A DNA stretch of 13,647 bases from Elainellaceae cyanobacterium (lineage in GTDB: Bacteria > Cyanobacteriota > Cyanobacteriia > CAZCXK01): contig JBNPEG010000004.1 of assembly GCA_051117555.1 (NCBI GenBank), forward strand, positions 1 through 13,647. The letters run 5' to 3'. Made by a program: the position numbers and the translations under genes. The notes beneath the pieces are model-generated. The model was not told where the DNA came from and did no database searches. It worked only from the letters and a program-made list of their open reading frames with translations. Positions 13,612 through 13,647 of the stretch are shown piece after piece (position 1 is the stretch's first letter; the number at the start of each line of letters is the position of its first letter).

Positions 13612-13647
13612 CCGTTCCGCTTCCCAGGAAGCCCCGGCGAGCTTGGT
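13612..13647 (-). ncRNA. ssrS: Probable 3' end of 6S RNA (partial, continues beyond the window)
   Basis: The minus strand reads ACCAAGCTCGCCGGGGCTTCCTGGGAAGCGGAACGG. This resembles my recollection of the cyanobacterial 6S RNA 3' closing-stem strand (ACCA...CGCCGGGG...CGG). Only about 36 nt are visible. Confidence 0.5.

Overview
This is cyanobacterial chromosomal DNA: I counted 15 copies of the HIP1 octamer GCGATCGC, and several genes belong to cyanobacteria-typical families. Gene order: tail of an upstream ORF; divergent cupin / MmyB-like XRE regulator pair; HTH + AAA-like (AAA_35-type) ATPase; DUF4278 protein with a PirA-like C-terminus, divergent from a speD-speE polyamine operon; DUF3531; vWA protein with a pilin-like domain and two tandem Ig-like repeats; DUF1643; TrmH/SpoU methyltransferase; pentapeptide-repeat protein; several hypotheticals and lipoproteins; probably the 3' end of 6S RNA at the right edge. 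Three intergenic GTAG-type REP/MITE-like elements and several short tandem duplications are present. The most interesting part is 3284-5660. A 10-codon uORF (MRLSGQLGDR*) ends 1 nt before the speD start and its SGQLGDR peptide recurs in the SpeD N-terminus. The divergent PirA-like gene has an NtcA box over its putative -10 element and a long structured leader. Together these suggest a possibly undescribed link between nitrogen/arginine flux and polyamine synthesis. All family assignments come from motif recognition by eye; no database searches were run.
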